Assembly (NCBI RefSeq): GCF_030028105.1
Contig: NC_092377.1
Span: 3,849,079-3,913,078 of the forward strand
Reading direction: 5' to 3'
Length of the DNA stretch: 64,000 bases
From: Mobula birostris
Taxonomy: Eukaryota
In this document: piece by piece, positions 37,650 to 50,374 of the stretch
Layout: every line of letters begins with the position of its first letter
Numbering within the stretch: the stretch's first letter is position 1
Position numbers and translations under genes: made by a program
Notes under the pieces: generated by a model
The model's database searches: none
What the model saw: the letters and a program-made list of their open reading frames with translations, nothing else
Told to the model about the DNA's origin: nothing

Positions 37650-38790
37650 TATTGAATAGATTAAGAATCGTGCAAAGAACAGAAATAATACATATTCAGA
37701 AGTGAGGTAGTGTTCATGGGTTCAATGTCCATCTAGGAATCAGATGGCAGAGGGGAAGAAGCTGTTGCTAAATCTCTGAATGTATTCCTTCAGGCTTCTA
37801 TACCTCCTACCTGATGGTAACAGTGAGAAAAGGGTATGCTCTGGGTGCTGGAGGTTCTTAATAATGGACACTGCCTTTCTGAGACACTGCTCCCTGAAGT
37901 TGTCCTGGGTACTTTGTAGGCTAGTACCCAAGATGGAGCCAGGTAAATTTACAACCATCTGTTGCTTCTTTCGGTCCTGTGCAGTAGACTCTCCCCACCC
38001 TCCATACCAGACAGTGATGCAGCCTGTCAGAATGCTCTCCACGGTACAACTATAGAAGTTTATAAGTGTTTTGGTTAGCATACCAAATCTCTTCAAACTC
38101 TTAATGAAGTATAGTCACTGTCTTGCCTTCTTTATAGCTGCATTGATATGTTGGGACCAGGTTGGGTCCTCAGAGATCTTGTCACCCAGGAGAGAGTAGG
38201 GCAGTGGGCTAACCACACACCCCTGCAGGGTACTAGTGTTGATCGCCAGCGAGGAGGAGATATTATCACCAATCTGCACAGATTGTGGTCTTTCGGTTAG
38301 GAAGTCAAGGATCCAATTGCAGAGAAAAGTACAGAGGCCCAGGTTCTGTAACTCTTAGTCAGGTTTGTGGGAATGATGGTATTAAATGCTGAGCTGTAAT
38401 CGATGAATAGCGTCCTGACATAGGTGTTTGTTGTCCAGGTATCCAAGGCCGTGTGAAGAGCCATTGAGATTGCATCTGCCATTGACCTATTGTGGGGATA
38501 GGAAAATTGTAATTGTAATGGCTGAGGCAGGTGTTCAGTCTAGTCATAACCAACTTCTCAAAGCATTTCGTCACTGCAGATGTGAGTGCTACCAGGCGAT
38601 AGTCATTAAGGCAGCTCACTTTAGTCTTCTTAGGCACTGGTATAATTGTTGCCTTTTTGAAGCAAGTGGGAACTTCTGCCTGTAGCAGTGAGAGGTTGAA
38701 GATGTCCTTGAATACTCCTGCCAGTTGGTTGGCACAGGTTTTCAGAGCCTTACCAGTTACTCCATCGGGACCTTCCACCTTGCGAGGGTT
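37650..38790 (-). mobile_element. Rex1/Babar LINE RT fragment
   Basis: GPDGVTG...[12 protein letters not shown]...[22 protein letters not shown] and FSNSFFPSAI. Confidence 0.85.
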
Positions 38791-39678
38791 CACTCCAGCT
38801 GTGTGTTCTGAGGGGAATGATGTGCAGACTCTGCCACAGCTGTGGTAGGAGGTGCTTCGTGCTGATGTGGATGGGTAGTTTCTGAAGTGGGGTCACTCCT
38901 TCTACACAAATACGTGGCGTGTGCTCCTCGTGAACAGACTCACGGCTCTCAGTGCTGTCATCAATATTCCTTCTCTACTTTGTGCAGATTGCAATGGGTT
39001 GGTGGGTGAAAAGCTTTCTTCACCACCCTGTCTACCTGTGACCCCACTTTCAGGGAATACACACCCCGGTTGTTGGAGGTTTAATTAACGTTCTGCCCCA
39101 GTTATCATTTTTCAACAATAACTCCACTTTTGGTATGACATATGGGTCTCAGGTACTCTGCAGACTCCAGGAATGCCTGACATTCAATCAGGTCCTCATC
39201 ACAGTGACACGTGGGGTGCAGACACTCTGCAGACTCCAGGCGTGCCTGTCTCCCTCACCCTGGGATCCCGGGGGGCCACTGCTTTCCTGTGTCCTTGTAC
39301 CAGAACTTCGGTGTAGGATACAGTCCCTCCTCTACAGCCGTGTCCTGGTTTGAGAGAGGCATGTGTGTTCCAAATCCTGGCCTTTCAGAGAGACAAACCT
39401 CACCCCCCAACATTCCCACCTGGCATGGAACCTCAGGCAATAGATCTCAGCTGAAACCTTGCATTGCTTCCTGTCAGGCTGCACATTCAGACACAAGCAC
39501 AGGATCACAAAGAGACTCGGAAGGGTTAAACAAATCTTGGAATTTTATTAACAAAAGATACAAGACAAACAGTAGAACTTATAAAGTCTTGGATAACTCA
39601 GCCACAACTTCACTAGGCAAGGATCAGAACAATGAAGCCAATGAGAGGTTAGCATTGCCTTTTAAATACACTCTAGGG

Positions 39679-40707
39679 CAGGGATGGCCAACCTATGGCA
39701 CATGTGACAAAAGTGGCTCATTGGATGATTAGAAGTGGCGCATTGCACCCCAGTGATAATAATAAAAAAGCAAACCTACTCATCCAAAAATATTAACCAA
39801 AAACCGATTTGTAGAAAAAAAATGTATAACAAGAACTCAAGTAGCTTAGAGCTAGAAATGGGTTTTACTGAGAATAAATCTAAAACAGTAATTATTTTTA
39901 GCTATTTTATTATTTTATGCACATCTTTTGGTGAATATTATCTTCTTTCACATTAATCTGTTTTCAATTTTAAAAAATATTCAATGAGTCAAACGAGGAA
40001 AGAAGGGCTTTTGTTCTGCAGTCATTCCATAATTGCCCAATACATGTTTGATACTTGTTTGATCCTGAGGCGCCAGGCCTCTGCACCAGCGGTGCGTCGC
40101 AGGTTTTTGCCAGTCGGTTTACAATTGACACTCGTGCGCTACCGAGTTGTGTTTGTTTGTTATTTGTGAACATTTGCAGTTTTGTACTTTTTTGAAAATT
40201 AAGCCTTGTTTTTACATTCAGTTACCCATCATTTTCAAAAGAAAATGAGCAAAAGAAAAGCGGAAAGTGATAGTGATCAATGAACAGTGGGAAAATGAGT
40301 TCTTATTTATAGCGGGTCCGTCAGGAAAACCGTTGTGCATTGTTTGTGAAAACAATTTCTCACGTAATAGAAGACATAATCTTAATAGACTCTATAAAAC
40401 ACAACATTAGACTGAAGTAGAAGGAAAACTGAAGCTAGTGCTTTGGTCTGAGTTATGGAAAGAATAAGTGATATAAGAAAAAGGAAGAAATCCAAAGATG
40501 ACAACATATATTTGTTAAAAGTCTCAATAAGGTAAGTAATGTTTATCTTGTTTTTATATTAAATCAATATATCATGTAAAAAAGCGAAAGGTGTCTATAT
40601 TAACATATTTTTACAAGAATTGAATGGGGGTACAAGAGTTGTATGGTGCATCTGCATTCGTGAGTGAAAAAATTGATGCATGGAATGCAAAAGGTTGGCC
40701 ACCCCTG
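39679..40707 (+). mobile_element. Non-autonomous hAT DNA transposon (1029 bp)
   Basis: TIRs CAGGGATGGCCAACCT / AGGTTGGCCACCCCTG. Perfect 8-bp TSD CTCTAGGG (39671-78, 40708-15). Internal transposase N-terminal remnant (WENEFLFI...PLCIVC) at about 40245-40410. Confidence 0.9.
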
Positions 40708-40904
40708 CTCTAGGGCATGAAAGAATCTGTGCCCAGACTAATAACAAGTTTTTAAGTGACTATTCTAGTAAGAGACAAAAGTCCAAGCATACTTAATTGA
40801 ACACCTACAGAGTCTGGGAGAGTTAACTGAAAATATTCAATCACAATTGCAACGTCAGTGTTAAGCAGAGAAAACCTAAAATTAACCAATAAAAACCCGA
40901 AGTA

Positions 40905-41105
40905 GTCGTAGTCATAGTCATAGTCATACTTTATTGATCCCGGGGGAAATTGGTTTTTGTTACAGTTGCACCATAAATAACAAATAGTAATAGTAATATT
41001 ACTACTAGTAAATAGTAATAGTCATGGAAATAATAAATAGTAATAGAATAGTAATAGAGAAATAGTAATAAATAGTTAAATAGCCATATGTAAATTATTA
41101 CTTGC
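40905..41105 (-). repeat. LINE 3' tail remnant with (TAGTCA)n and (AATAGT)n simple repeats
   Basis: Visible low-complexity repeats. Confidence 0.6.
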
Positions 41106-41499
41106 AACAATACAGATAATTATAATTAATATAATGCAGAATATGAAAACCCAACTGCAAAAAAACTCAGAGCTCTCAGAATAATCTACCAATGACCCGA
41201 GGTCCTGACAGATTCTGTGTCTGTTTCAGATTGCTTTTTATGAATTTGTTGTCTCCGACAGAACTCTCCTTATCTTCCACACTTGCCCTCACAGGTTAAG
41301 CTGCAACCTTGTCAGAAGTTTCCAATTTCTACTTTACAGCAATTAAATGGTTTAAGCAGTCAATGTAATATAGTCAAGCAGGGAAAATGAAATTGAGGGT
41401 TTTTATGCAATTATTCCACAGTCTCGAAAGATTTTAATATCTTTAAATTCCAATCTTACATTGGAAAGCCACAATCCAGCAGATACTCCAATTTTTCCT

Positions 41500-44400
41500 C
41501 CTCTCTTCAGTGTGTATTGTGTGAGCCAATCAGCAGCCAGCTTCCCTGTGACATCACTGGTCCTGCACACTTTCTGAATGGGAGCGTTGTGGAGACGGGT
41601 TGGGAGTGGAATGGGCAGTCGGAGTGGAGATCCAGAGATGGGTGGGCTGGGGTGGGAGGGGTGAGTCCAAATAATAACAATGAATAGCCCACCTTGGAAA
41701 GACCACCACAGACTCTCTTGGGGGCGCTAGATGGAGTAGGTCGCATTTTGGCTTTGCTCCGTTCACTTTTCAATTTTTTTACCACCCTTTTACTATCTAC
41801 ATCAAAGTGTTTATAAGACTTTTATATTCTGAATTTTAATCGATGGAAATGAATACCAGAGGGAAAAAGGGATTAGCCAAAGGCAAGGAAACTGGTAATG
41901 GAAATGGAAAGAAAGAAGGTGTCTTTGAACAGCTTAAACAGTATCAACTTACTTTGGAGGCTAGCTCGAAGCTCTTGGATGAAAAACTCAATAAAAGATT
42001 TGCTACTTTGGAAGTATTGTTAAAGGAGAAAGAAGGTAGATTGACAGCACTTATAAAGGAGAACGAAAAGCAGCAATGGCAAATTTCAGAACTTATTGAA
42101 GCTGGAAACAGAGAGATTGCAGGTTGAATTCTTTGGAAAAGAAATTAACTTTGATCACTCATACATTGGAGCAGTATAAAGTCAAGATTATTGACTTGGA
42201 GAGTTGTAGTCACAGACAGAATTTTCGAATAACAGGACTCAGTGAAGACATTGAGAGTGGGGATCTTACTAAATTTTTTTCTCAATTCTTAATGGAGATC
42301 TTTGGCTCTGAGGTTTTTTCTTCTCCGATTCTCGACCGTGCTCATCGAGCATTGAGACCCAAACAACCAAAAGACTTAAAGCCGCGCCCTGTGATTCTTC
42401 AATTTCACTGTGTGAATACTAAGGAGCATCTAATTCAAATTGCTCATTGGAAAGGAATTATTAAGCATCAAAATCATAAGTTTTGTTTGGTTTTTCCTGA
42501 GGTAATGCAAGAAAGATCACGTTTTCAATCGGTTATGTCAGAATTATATCAAAGGAATTTCCGACCGGCTCTGCTATATCCTGCTCGTCTAAGGGTTGTC
42601 CTGCCAGGTAACTTTTTTAAGTGGTTTAAATCTGTGGATGAAGCACAACAATTTCTTGAGGATGTATGTTTGAACTCGGATGTCCAAATAAATTTACTGC
42701 TCCTTTATGTTTGTATACATCTGGTTTATTAGTTAATAACCAGCTCATAGATTTGGACATTTTAAGTTTGTAGAACTTTGCCTCTGTGTTGATTCTACTC
42801 GTACTTTGTTTTGATGTACGGGTGTTTATTATGTTTCTATGTTAAGGTTCTTTTCTTTTTCCTTTATTATTTTACTTTTTTATTTTTAATTATTCGCTTT
42901 TGAAAATTATTCAGATTTTGACTTGGTGATTGTTTTCTTTTGAAATATTGTTAAGATTGTATTCTGTTTCATTTTTAAGACATTGTCTTTTAAAATGTTC
43001 TGCAAATGGCTGTTTTTTTAACATGGGTTTAGCATTCCTTTCGCATTGTTTTGACTACAGGTGTTTTCAAAAATTTTTTTGAATTTGGAGACTTGCCCTC
43101 AAGAGAGATGGGGGTAGGGAGGTTCTTAGATAGTTTTCTGGCTGTCTATTGGCCAGGTTTTGGGTCTTTTTGGGTGGGGCCAGGCTAGTTTTTAGTTTAG
43201 TGTTTTTCATTTGGGCTGATTTGAAACTACAAAAATGCCTGTATTGTCGTAACTTCCGGCTCCTCTTTAAATCTTTTTCCCTCTTCCTGATTCATGAGTT
43301 TCCTAAGCAATATGGTTAACCCTTTACAGACTATATGGTTTACTTAAGGAAAATGGATAATAATATTAACTTTGTTTCATGGAATACAAACGGTTTGAAT
43401 CATCCAATTAAACAGAAGAAGATTTTTAAAGTTTTTTATAGATTGAATTCTCAGATTATCTTTGCGCAGGAAATTCCTGTGAGGAAGGAGGATAACCAGT
43501 GTTTTTTAGAATTAGAAAGGGCATATATTTCAATCTAACTCATCAACTAAGGTCAAAGGCATTTCTTTTTTTATAGACTCGGTCTCATTTTTTCACTATA
43601 GTACAATCTCAGGCCCATATGGTAGATTTCTATTAATTACTGGTTTACTTTATAACCAAAAAGTAGTATTGGTTAATACTTATGCACCAAATACTGACTA
43701 TCCTGAATTCTTTAAGCATTTATTTGTATCTCTTCCCAATTTAAATGAATATATCTAAATAATGGGTGGAGATTTTAACTGACGTCTGAATCCTATGATG
43801 GACAGCTCTGCACCTAATCAGGTACTGTGAAACAAATCTGCTATTTTTATTAATTTCTTTTTAGTTGACTCCAGAATTTTAGATGTTTGGGGGTTTTTAA
43901 TATCCTAATGATAAAGAGTTCTCTTTTTTTTCTCATGTATATCACAATTACTCTAGAATTGATTACTTCTTTATTGATTCTCAATTAGTTTTGTCTGTCA
44001 CTGCCTGTGAGTATGATGCAATCACCATTTTTGATCATGCACCTTTGAAATTATCAATTAAATTAATTGATTTAACCTGTAGTACTGGACAATGGTGGTT
44101 CAACTCTATTTTGCTTCAGGATTTAAATTTTGTTAACTTCATCAAAGGACAGAGTGCATTTTTCTTTTCAACTAACTCAATGGAAGAAATTTCCAGTGGG
44201 ATATAATGGGATACCTTTAAAGTATATATCCGTGGGCAAATTATTTCATATTCTGCTGGATTGAAAAAATGAATTAATAGTGAAATACGTACATTGGTTG
44301 ATAAGATTAAAGAAATTGATGAAAAATATTCTATTGCTCCCAATCTGGAACTTTATAAAGAGAGAGATGAACTTCAGATGCAACGCAGTTTGTTATTAAC

Positions 44401-44762
44401 ATCTCCGATTGAAAATCAATTACTTAAAGGTAAGAGTCAATTTTATATACGTGGTTATAAATCGGGTAAATTATTGGCTAACCAATTGAAAGCTGCTTTG
44501 GCAAGACGTCAGATTAATATAGTTCGTAAACGGGATGGTATTTTGACGGCTGACCATGATGAAATTAACAAATCTTTTCAAGAATTCTATACCAATTTAT
44601 ACCAATCAGAATTTCCTGATGATTCTACCATAATGCATGAATTTTTAAGGACATTGAATATTCCGAAATTACCAGTTGATGAATGTTTAGCATTAGATGC
44701 ACCCATTACTGAAGAGGAAATAAAGAAAGCAATTTTTTCAATGAACTCTGGTAAAGCACCTG
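41500..44762 (+). mobile_element. L1-clade LINE (ORF1, APE and start of RT), degenerate and 3'-truncated
   Basis: ORF1 at 41843-42732 (DLES..RQNFRITGLSE..LDRAHR..RPVILQF; frameshifted near 42125). ORF2 from about 43352 (MDNNINFVSWNTNGL) to ...MNSGKAP. Confidence 0.88.
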
Positions 44763-45171
44763 ATCAAAGCAACACTTTCAGTACACTGGATGAACTCAGC
44801 AGGTCGGGCAGCAACAGTCAGAAACAATGAGTTGACATTTCGCTCCGGAACCATTCGTCAAGACACAGGCAACCACAGCCTGGTACCAGATGGTTAATAA
44901 AGCACAGTCTCACGGTCAGGAGGTGTGCAAGTATCACAGGTTGTCGTCCTCACACCAGTCTTGTGTCTGATGAAACATGAATGGAGAATCATACGGTGGT
45001 TTACAAAGCAACGACCCCACCACTGTCGGGTGGTGGACCATGCTCCCACTGGCGTTTGTGTGACAACATCACCCTGACAAAAGATTGGATAAACATTTAC
45101 TATTCTCCTTTGTAAAGTGTCAGAAGTAATAAAAGTTAGTGCAATGCTTTACAGTAAGATCCGGATTCAAT

Positions 45172-45945
45172 TCCTGCTGATGTCTGAATGGAGTTTGTAC
45201 GTTCTACCCTGCTGATGTCTGTGAGGAGTTTGTACATTCTACCCTGCTGATATCTGTATGGAGTTTGTACATTCTACCCTGCTGATGTCTGAATGGAGTT
45301 TGTACATTCTACCCTGCTGATATCTGTATGGAGTTTGTACATTCTACCCTGCTGATGTCTGAATGGAGTTTGTACATTCTACCCTGCTGATATCTGTATG
45401 GAGTTTGTACATTCTACCCTGCTGATGTCTGAATGGAGTTTGTACGTTCTACCCTGCTGATATCTGTATGGAGTTTGTACATTCTACCCTGCTGATGTCT
45501 GAATGGAGTTTGTACGTTCTACCCTGCTGATATCTGTATGGAGTTTGTACATTCTACCCTGCTGATGTCTGTATGGAGTTTGTACGTTCTACCTTGCTGA
45601 CGTCTGTGAGGAGTTTGTACATTCTACCCTGCTGATGTCTGTGAGGAATTTGTACATTCTACCCTGCTGATGTCCATGAGGAGTTTGTACGTTCTACCCT
45701 GCTGATGTCTGTATGGAGTTTGTACGTTCTACCCTGCTGATATCTGTATGGAGTTTGTACATTCTACCCTGCTGATGTCCATGAGGAGTTTGTACGTTCT
45801 ACCCTGCTGATGTCTGTATGGAGTTTGTACGTTCTACCCTGCTGATATCTGTATGGAGTTTGTACATTCTACCCTGCTGATGTCTGAATGGAGTTTGTAC
45901 ATTCTACCCTGTTGATGTCTGTATGGAGTTTATATGTTCTACCCA
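45172..45945. repeat. 35-bp minisatellite, about 22 copies, inside a V-SINE (about 45135-46160)
   Basis: Unit gagtttgtac(a/g)ttctaccctgctgat(g/a)tctg(t/a)atg; preceded by a SINE head and followed by the V-SINE core. Confidence 0.92.
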
Positions 45946-46964
45946 TCTCCGTGAGAGTTTCCCTGAGTGCTCCAGTTTCCTCTCACATTCCATAAAGGAT
46001 GTACGGGTTGGAGTGAGTGAGCCGTGGTCATGTTATGTTGGTGCTGTTAGTGTAGTGACACTTGTGGCTGCTCAGCATGCTCCTTGCTGATTTGATTTGA
46101 CACAACAGACACATCACACTGCATGTTTTGATGTATCTGTGACAAATAAAACTCATCTTTCTCTACAGGTTGATGGAGACCTGAGAGAGGATGGAAATTT
46201 CTGAGAGGTGTAGATGGGGAAGATAATGAGAATCGTCTCCCCAGGGTGAAAATGTCAAACAGCAAAAGGCATGTTTTTAATGTTAGATGGGGGCAAGTTT
46301 AGAGACCATTTGGTCCATCAAGTCTGCTCCACCATTTCATCATTTTTCCTTTCAGTCCCGATCTCCTGCCTTCCCCCCACCATGCTCCCATATCCCTTCA
46401 TGCCTTCACCAATCAAAATATCTATCAACCTCTGCATTAAATATACAAAACAAATTGGCCTCCACAGCCGCCTGTGGCAACGGATTCCACAGACTCACCA
46501 CTGTCTGGCTAAAGAAATTTCTCCTCATCCCCATTCTAAAAGGATGTACCTCTACTCTGCGGTTTTGCCCTTTGCTCCTAGACTCCCATCAGAGGAAACA
46601 TCATCTCCACATCCACTCTATCAAGGCCTTTCACCATTTGATAGTGTGGCACTCCAGGGAGAGGGGGGACGTGGATGATGTCCTGCCCCAGCATTGCTAA
46701 TGACCACTGCTACTTATTGTTTTTCTGGGATATTCAAGTTCATTTCCTGTTACAGTTTAGCTCGGGTGATACAGATATTCATTTGTGAGTTTGTGGGTCA
46801 CCCTGACTGTAACTGGGTGTGTAATAATCACCTCCTCCGGCTGTATTTGACTGAGTCGGTTCTCACCAAGCTCTTGCACGCTGACAGTGCTCATGCATTT
46901 CGTAATAAAACTGGTATTTTAGGAAAACGAGCTCTGCTTGTCTGTTATCATGGACCAAATCCTC

Positions 46965-47645
46965 CCGGGAGGGGGGAGAAGATGGCGCAACGACAGCGTG
47001 CGCGGCCACTTCGGTGATGAATATCTGTTATTTGTCAAGTAGGGGACCGTGCACAATCCTGATTTGATGGAGACAGGCCTGAGAGCACAGCGGAACATCT
47101 GGAAAACTTCTGAAATGTCTGCTTTGCTACCGCTGCTACTGTGTGGTAACTGGAATCTCTGGAGCTGAAGGCCTCGAAATCCTCGGCTTTGCGTGTTTCA
47201 GCGGCTGGAACAAGGTCGAAGGCGCTCGGCAGAGGATGGCGTTCAGGAGGCTGGTCGGAAACTCAAAGTTTTCGGACGGATGGACTTAGGGTTGGCTGTG
47301 GTCGGCTGCTTCCAAGGCATCGGCAAGTTGACGGTGCCTGGAGGTTTATGGCAGGGAGTTTCTCCCTTTTGCCGCCTGCTTTCGGGGACTCGGGAGTCGA
47401 TCGACTCGGGACTTTGAGACTATTTTTTTACTGTGCCTATTGTCTGTTCTTTATCAAATTATGGTATCGCTTTGCACTGCTGTAACTATATGTTATAATT
47501 ATGTGGTTCTGTCAGTGTTAGTCTTTGGTCTGTCCTGTTTTTCTGTGATATCACTCCGGAGAAACATTGTATCATTTCTTAATGCATGTATGCATTTCTA
47601 AATGACAATAAAAGAGGACTGAGTGTTCTTATAATCTAATCTAAT
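46965..47645 (+). mobile_element. Short CpG-rich non-autonomous LINE-like element
   Basis: Starts gggagaAGATGGCG; ends with a Rex1-like 3' end aataaaagaggactgag..(ATCTA)n; no RT coding sequence. Confidence 0.55.
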
Positions 47646-50374
47646 AAACTTCAATTAGGTCAACTCTCAGTCTTCTGAGTACTAGGCCCAGAACCATCAA
47701 TATGACAAGCTGTTCAATCCTGGAATCATTTTTGTGAACTTCCTTTGATTCGTCGAGCACCTCCGCTCTGTCTGCCAAAACAGACAGGATCTCCCAGTAG
47801 CCACCCACTTCAACTCCGCTTCCCACTCCCATTCAGATATGTCTATACATGGCCTCCTCTACTGCCATGATGAGGCTAAACGTCGACCGATCTTTTCCAT
47901 GGATGCTGCCCGACCTGCTGAGTTCCTCTAGCGTTTTGTGAGTGTTGCTTTGACCCCAGCATCTGCAGATTATTTTGTGTTCTTTGACTCCTTCCAGTTT
48001 CAGCACATCCTTTCTAAGGTAAGGGGCCCAAAACTGCTCACAATATTCCAAGTGAGGCTTCACCAGTGCTTTACAAAGTGTCAACGTTACCTCCTTGCTT
48101 TTATATTCTAGTCTTCTTGAAATGAATGCCACCATCACATTTGCCTTCCTCACCACAGACTCAACCTGCAAATTAACCTTTTGGATATCCAGCACAGGGA
48201 TTCACAAGTCCCTTTGAGCCTCAGTTTTTGTATTTTCTCTCCAATTAGAAAATCCTCAACCCTTTCACTTTTTCTACCATCAACCACTTCTCCTAATCCA
48301 AGTCCTTCAGTAGCCTCTCTACTTCCTCAAAGCTACCTGCCCCTGCACTATCTTCATATCGTCTGCAAAACTTTCAACGAAGCCTTGAATTCCATCATCC
48401 AAATCATTGACATATAACGTAAAAATAATCCCAAACAGACCGATGTGGAACACCACTAGACACCAGCAGACAACCAGAAAAGTCTTCCTTTATTCCCACT
48501 GTTTGCCTCCTGCCAATCAGCCACCACTTTCTCCATGCTGGAATCTTTCCTGTAATACCATTGGCTTGTAGCTTGTTCAGGAGCCTCATCCATGGCACCT
48601 TGTCAAAGGCCTTCTGAAAATCCAAGTATGCAACAACATCCGATTTTCCTTTGTCTATCCTGTTTGTTATTTCCTCAAAGAATTTCGACGGATTTGTCAG
48701 GCAAGATTTTCCCTTGAGGAAACCATGCTGACTACAGCCTATTGTACCATGTGCCTCCAAGTACCCTGAGACCACATCCTGAACAATCAACTCCAACATC
48801 TTCCCAACCACAGAGATCAGAGTAACTGGCCTATAATTTCCTTGATTCTGCCTCTCTCCCTGCTTGAAGAGGGGAATTACATTTGCAATTTTTCAGTCCT
48901 CCAGAACCATGATGTGATGTGAAGGGCAAGTACTTTTTATATACAGTGAAATAAAACAGTAGGTATGTGGACAATGTTTAGCAGAGGTGCCTGTGGAAGC
49001 AGGCTATTTGGTGGAGTTTTCGATAGACACATCTTTTAATATACCATTTGACTTTTAGATAAGGATATGTCATTCTTGCCTTTACTAGGCAAGGGTTTGT
49101 GTTCAAGAGTTAGAAATTCATGTTGCAGCTCTATAAAACTCTGGTTAGGTCACATTTGGAGTGTTGCATTGAGTTCTGGTTGCCCCATTACAGGAAGGAT
49201 GTGGAGACTTTGGAGAGGGTGAAGAAGAGTTTCACCAGGATGCTGCCTGGCTTAGAGGCCACGTTCTGATGGAAGATGTTGGACAGATGAGGGTTGTTTC
49301 CTCTGGAGTGACGGAGGCTGAGGGGAGAACTGTTCGAGGTTTGTTTGTTTATTTTGTTACATACCCCGTAACTGGGTTGCCAAACCAGCAGAAATGGACC
49401 ACTCGTTGGAGTCTGGATTACTAGGACCTAATAAAGTTTTATTAAAGAAATGAGTAACACAGTACTCTAATCGTAAGGATATAAATGCAACAGGTTAGCA
49501 ATGGTAATACACAGATGTACACAGAACTAGGGTAATAGGGATCAACCAAGAGCTATCGCAGTCTAGGGGTAAAATGATCAGTCGTAAGTGATGCAGAGTT
49601 CAGTTCAGCTTAGTACAGTTCGCAGTAATCACTGTTGTGCCATTGGAGAGGTGGGGGGGGATGTAATTTGGTTCAGTCAGACCTTTGATGTCTTCAGAGT
49701 TGGTTTCAGGCAGACCCTTTTTGATGTCTTCTATTCCGCTGTCATCACCGACTGTGACCCCTCCGTTCTGGATACGATTGTTCTTCCGTGGCGAACCTGG
49801 CACCCAGGCAAGGGCGGACACACACACCACGTTCCCACCGATCGTACCTTTACACCCTGTGAGCCTATGGTCAGTTCCCGCGACCAAACCTCCAAACTCC
49901 TATCAACTTGTGGGGGCACACCGCTCTTCCAGGGTCTCGTTATCTCGTGGTCTTGTGGTGTCCTGTGCCTTAGCGAACCTGTTCTTTTTATCCCCCTGCT
50001 GGGGTATCACTTTTCCATCAAACTTCAAACAGTTCAGTTTCAAAGCAACCGGTCTGTCAATATTCTGAATTGTGTTTCTTTTCCGTTAATCCCTCTCTCC
50101 TCTCTTATTAGCATTTTGAATGTTTCTCCATTGTCTCTCTTATCTCTCTCATTAGCATCAATCGCCCGATAGCTTGGTTTGGCGTCACACCCCTACCCTT
50201 CAAGGGATTTTTACCAGGGTAAAAATCATGGGCATGAATGCACATTATTAGATACACACTGATATACAGGGTCATCAGCTATTCGGCTAATACAGAGAAC
50301 TTTAAGTTTCAACACCTTGACAGACAGTCAGCAATCACATTATCTCTGTTCCTTTTATATGTTTTATTCTAATA

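Noticed and set aside
39134-41340. Large solo LTR hosting the hAT element
   Set aside because: LTR-like composition, but I could not define TG..CA ends or a TSD.
45172-45945. CRISPR-like array
   Set aside because: Head-to-tail 35-bp units with no unique spacers, in vertebrate DNA with no cas genes.
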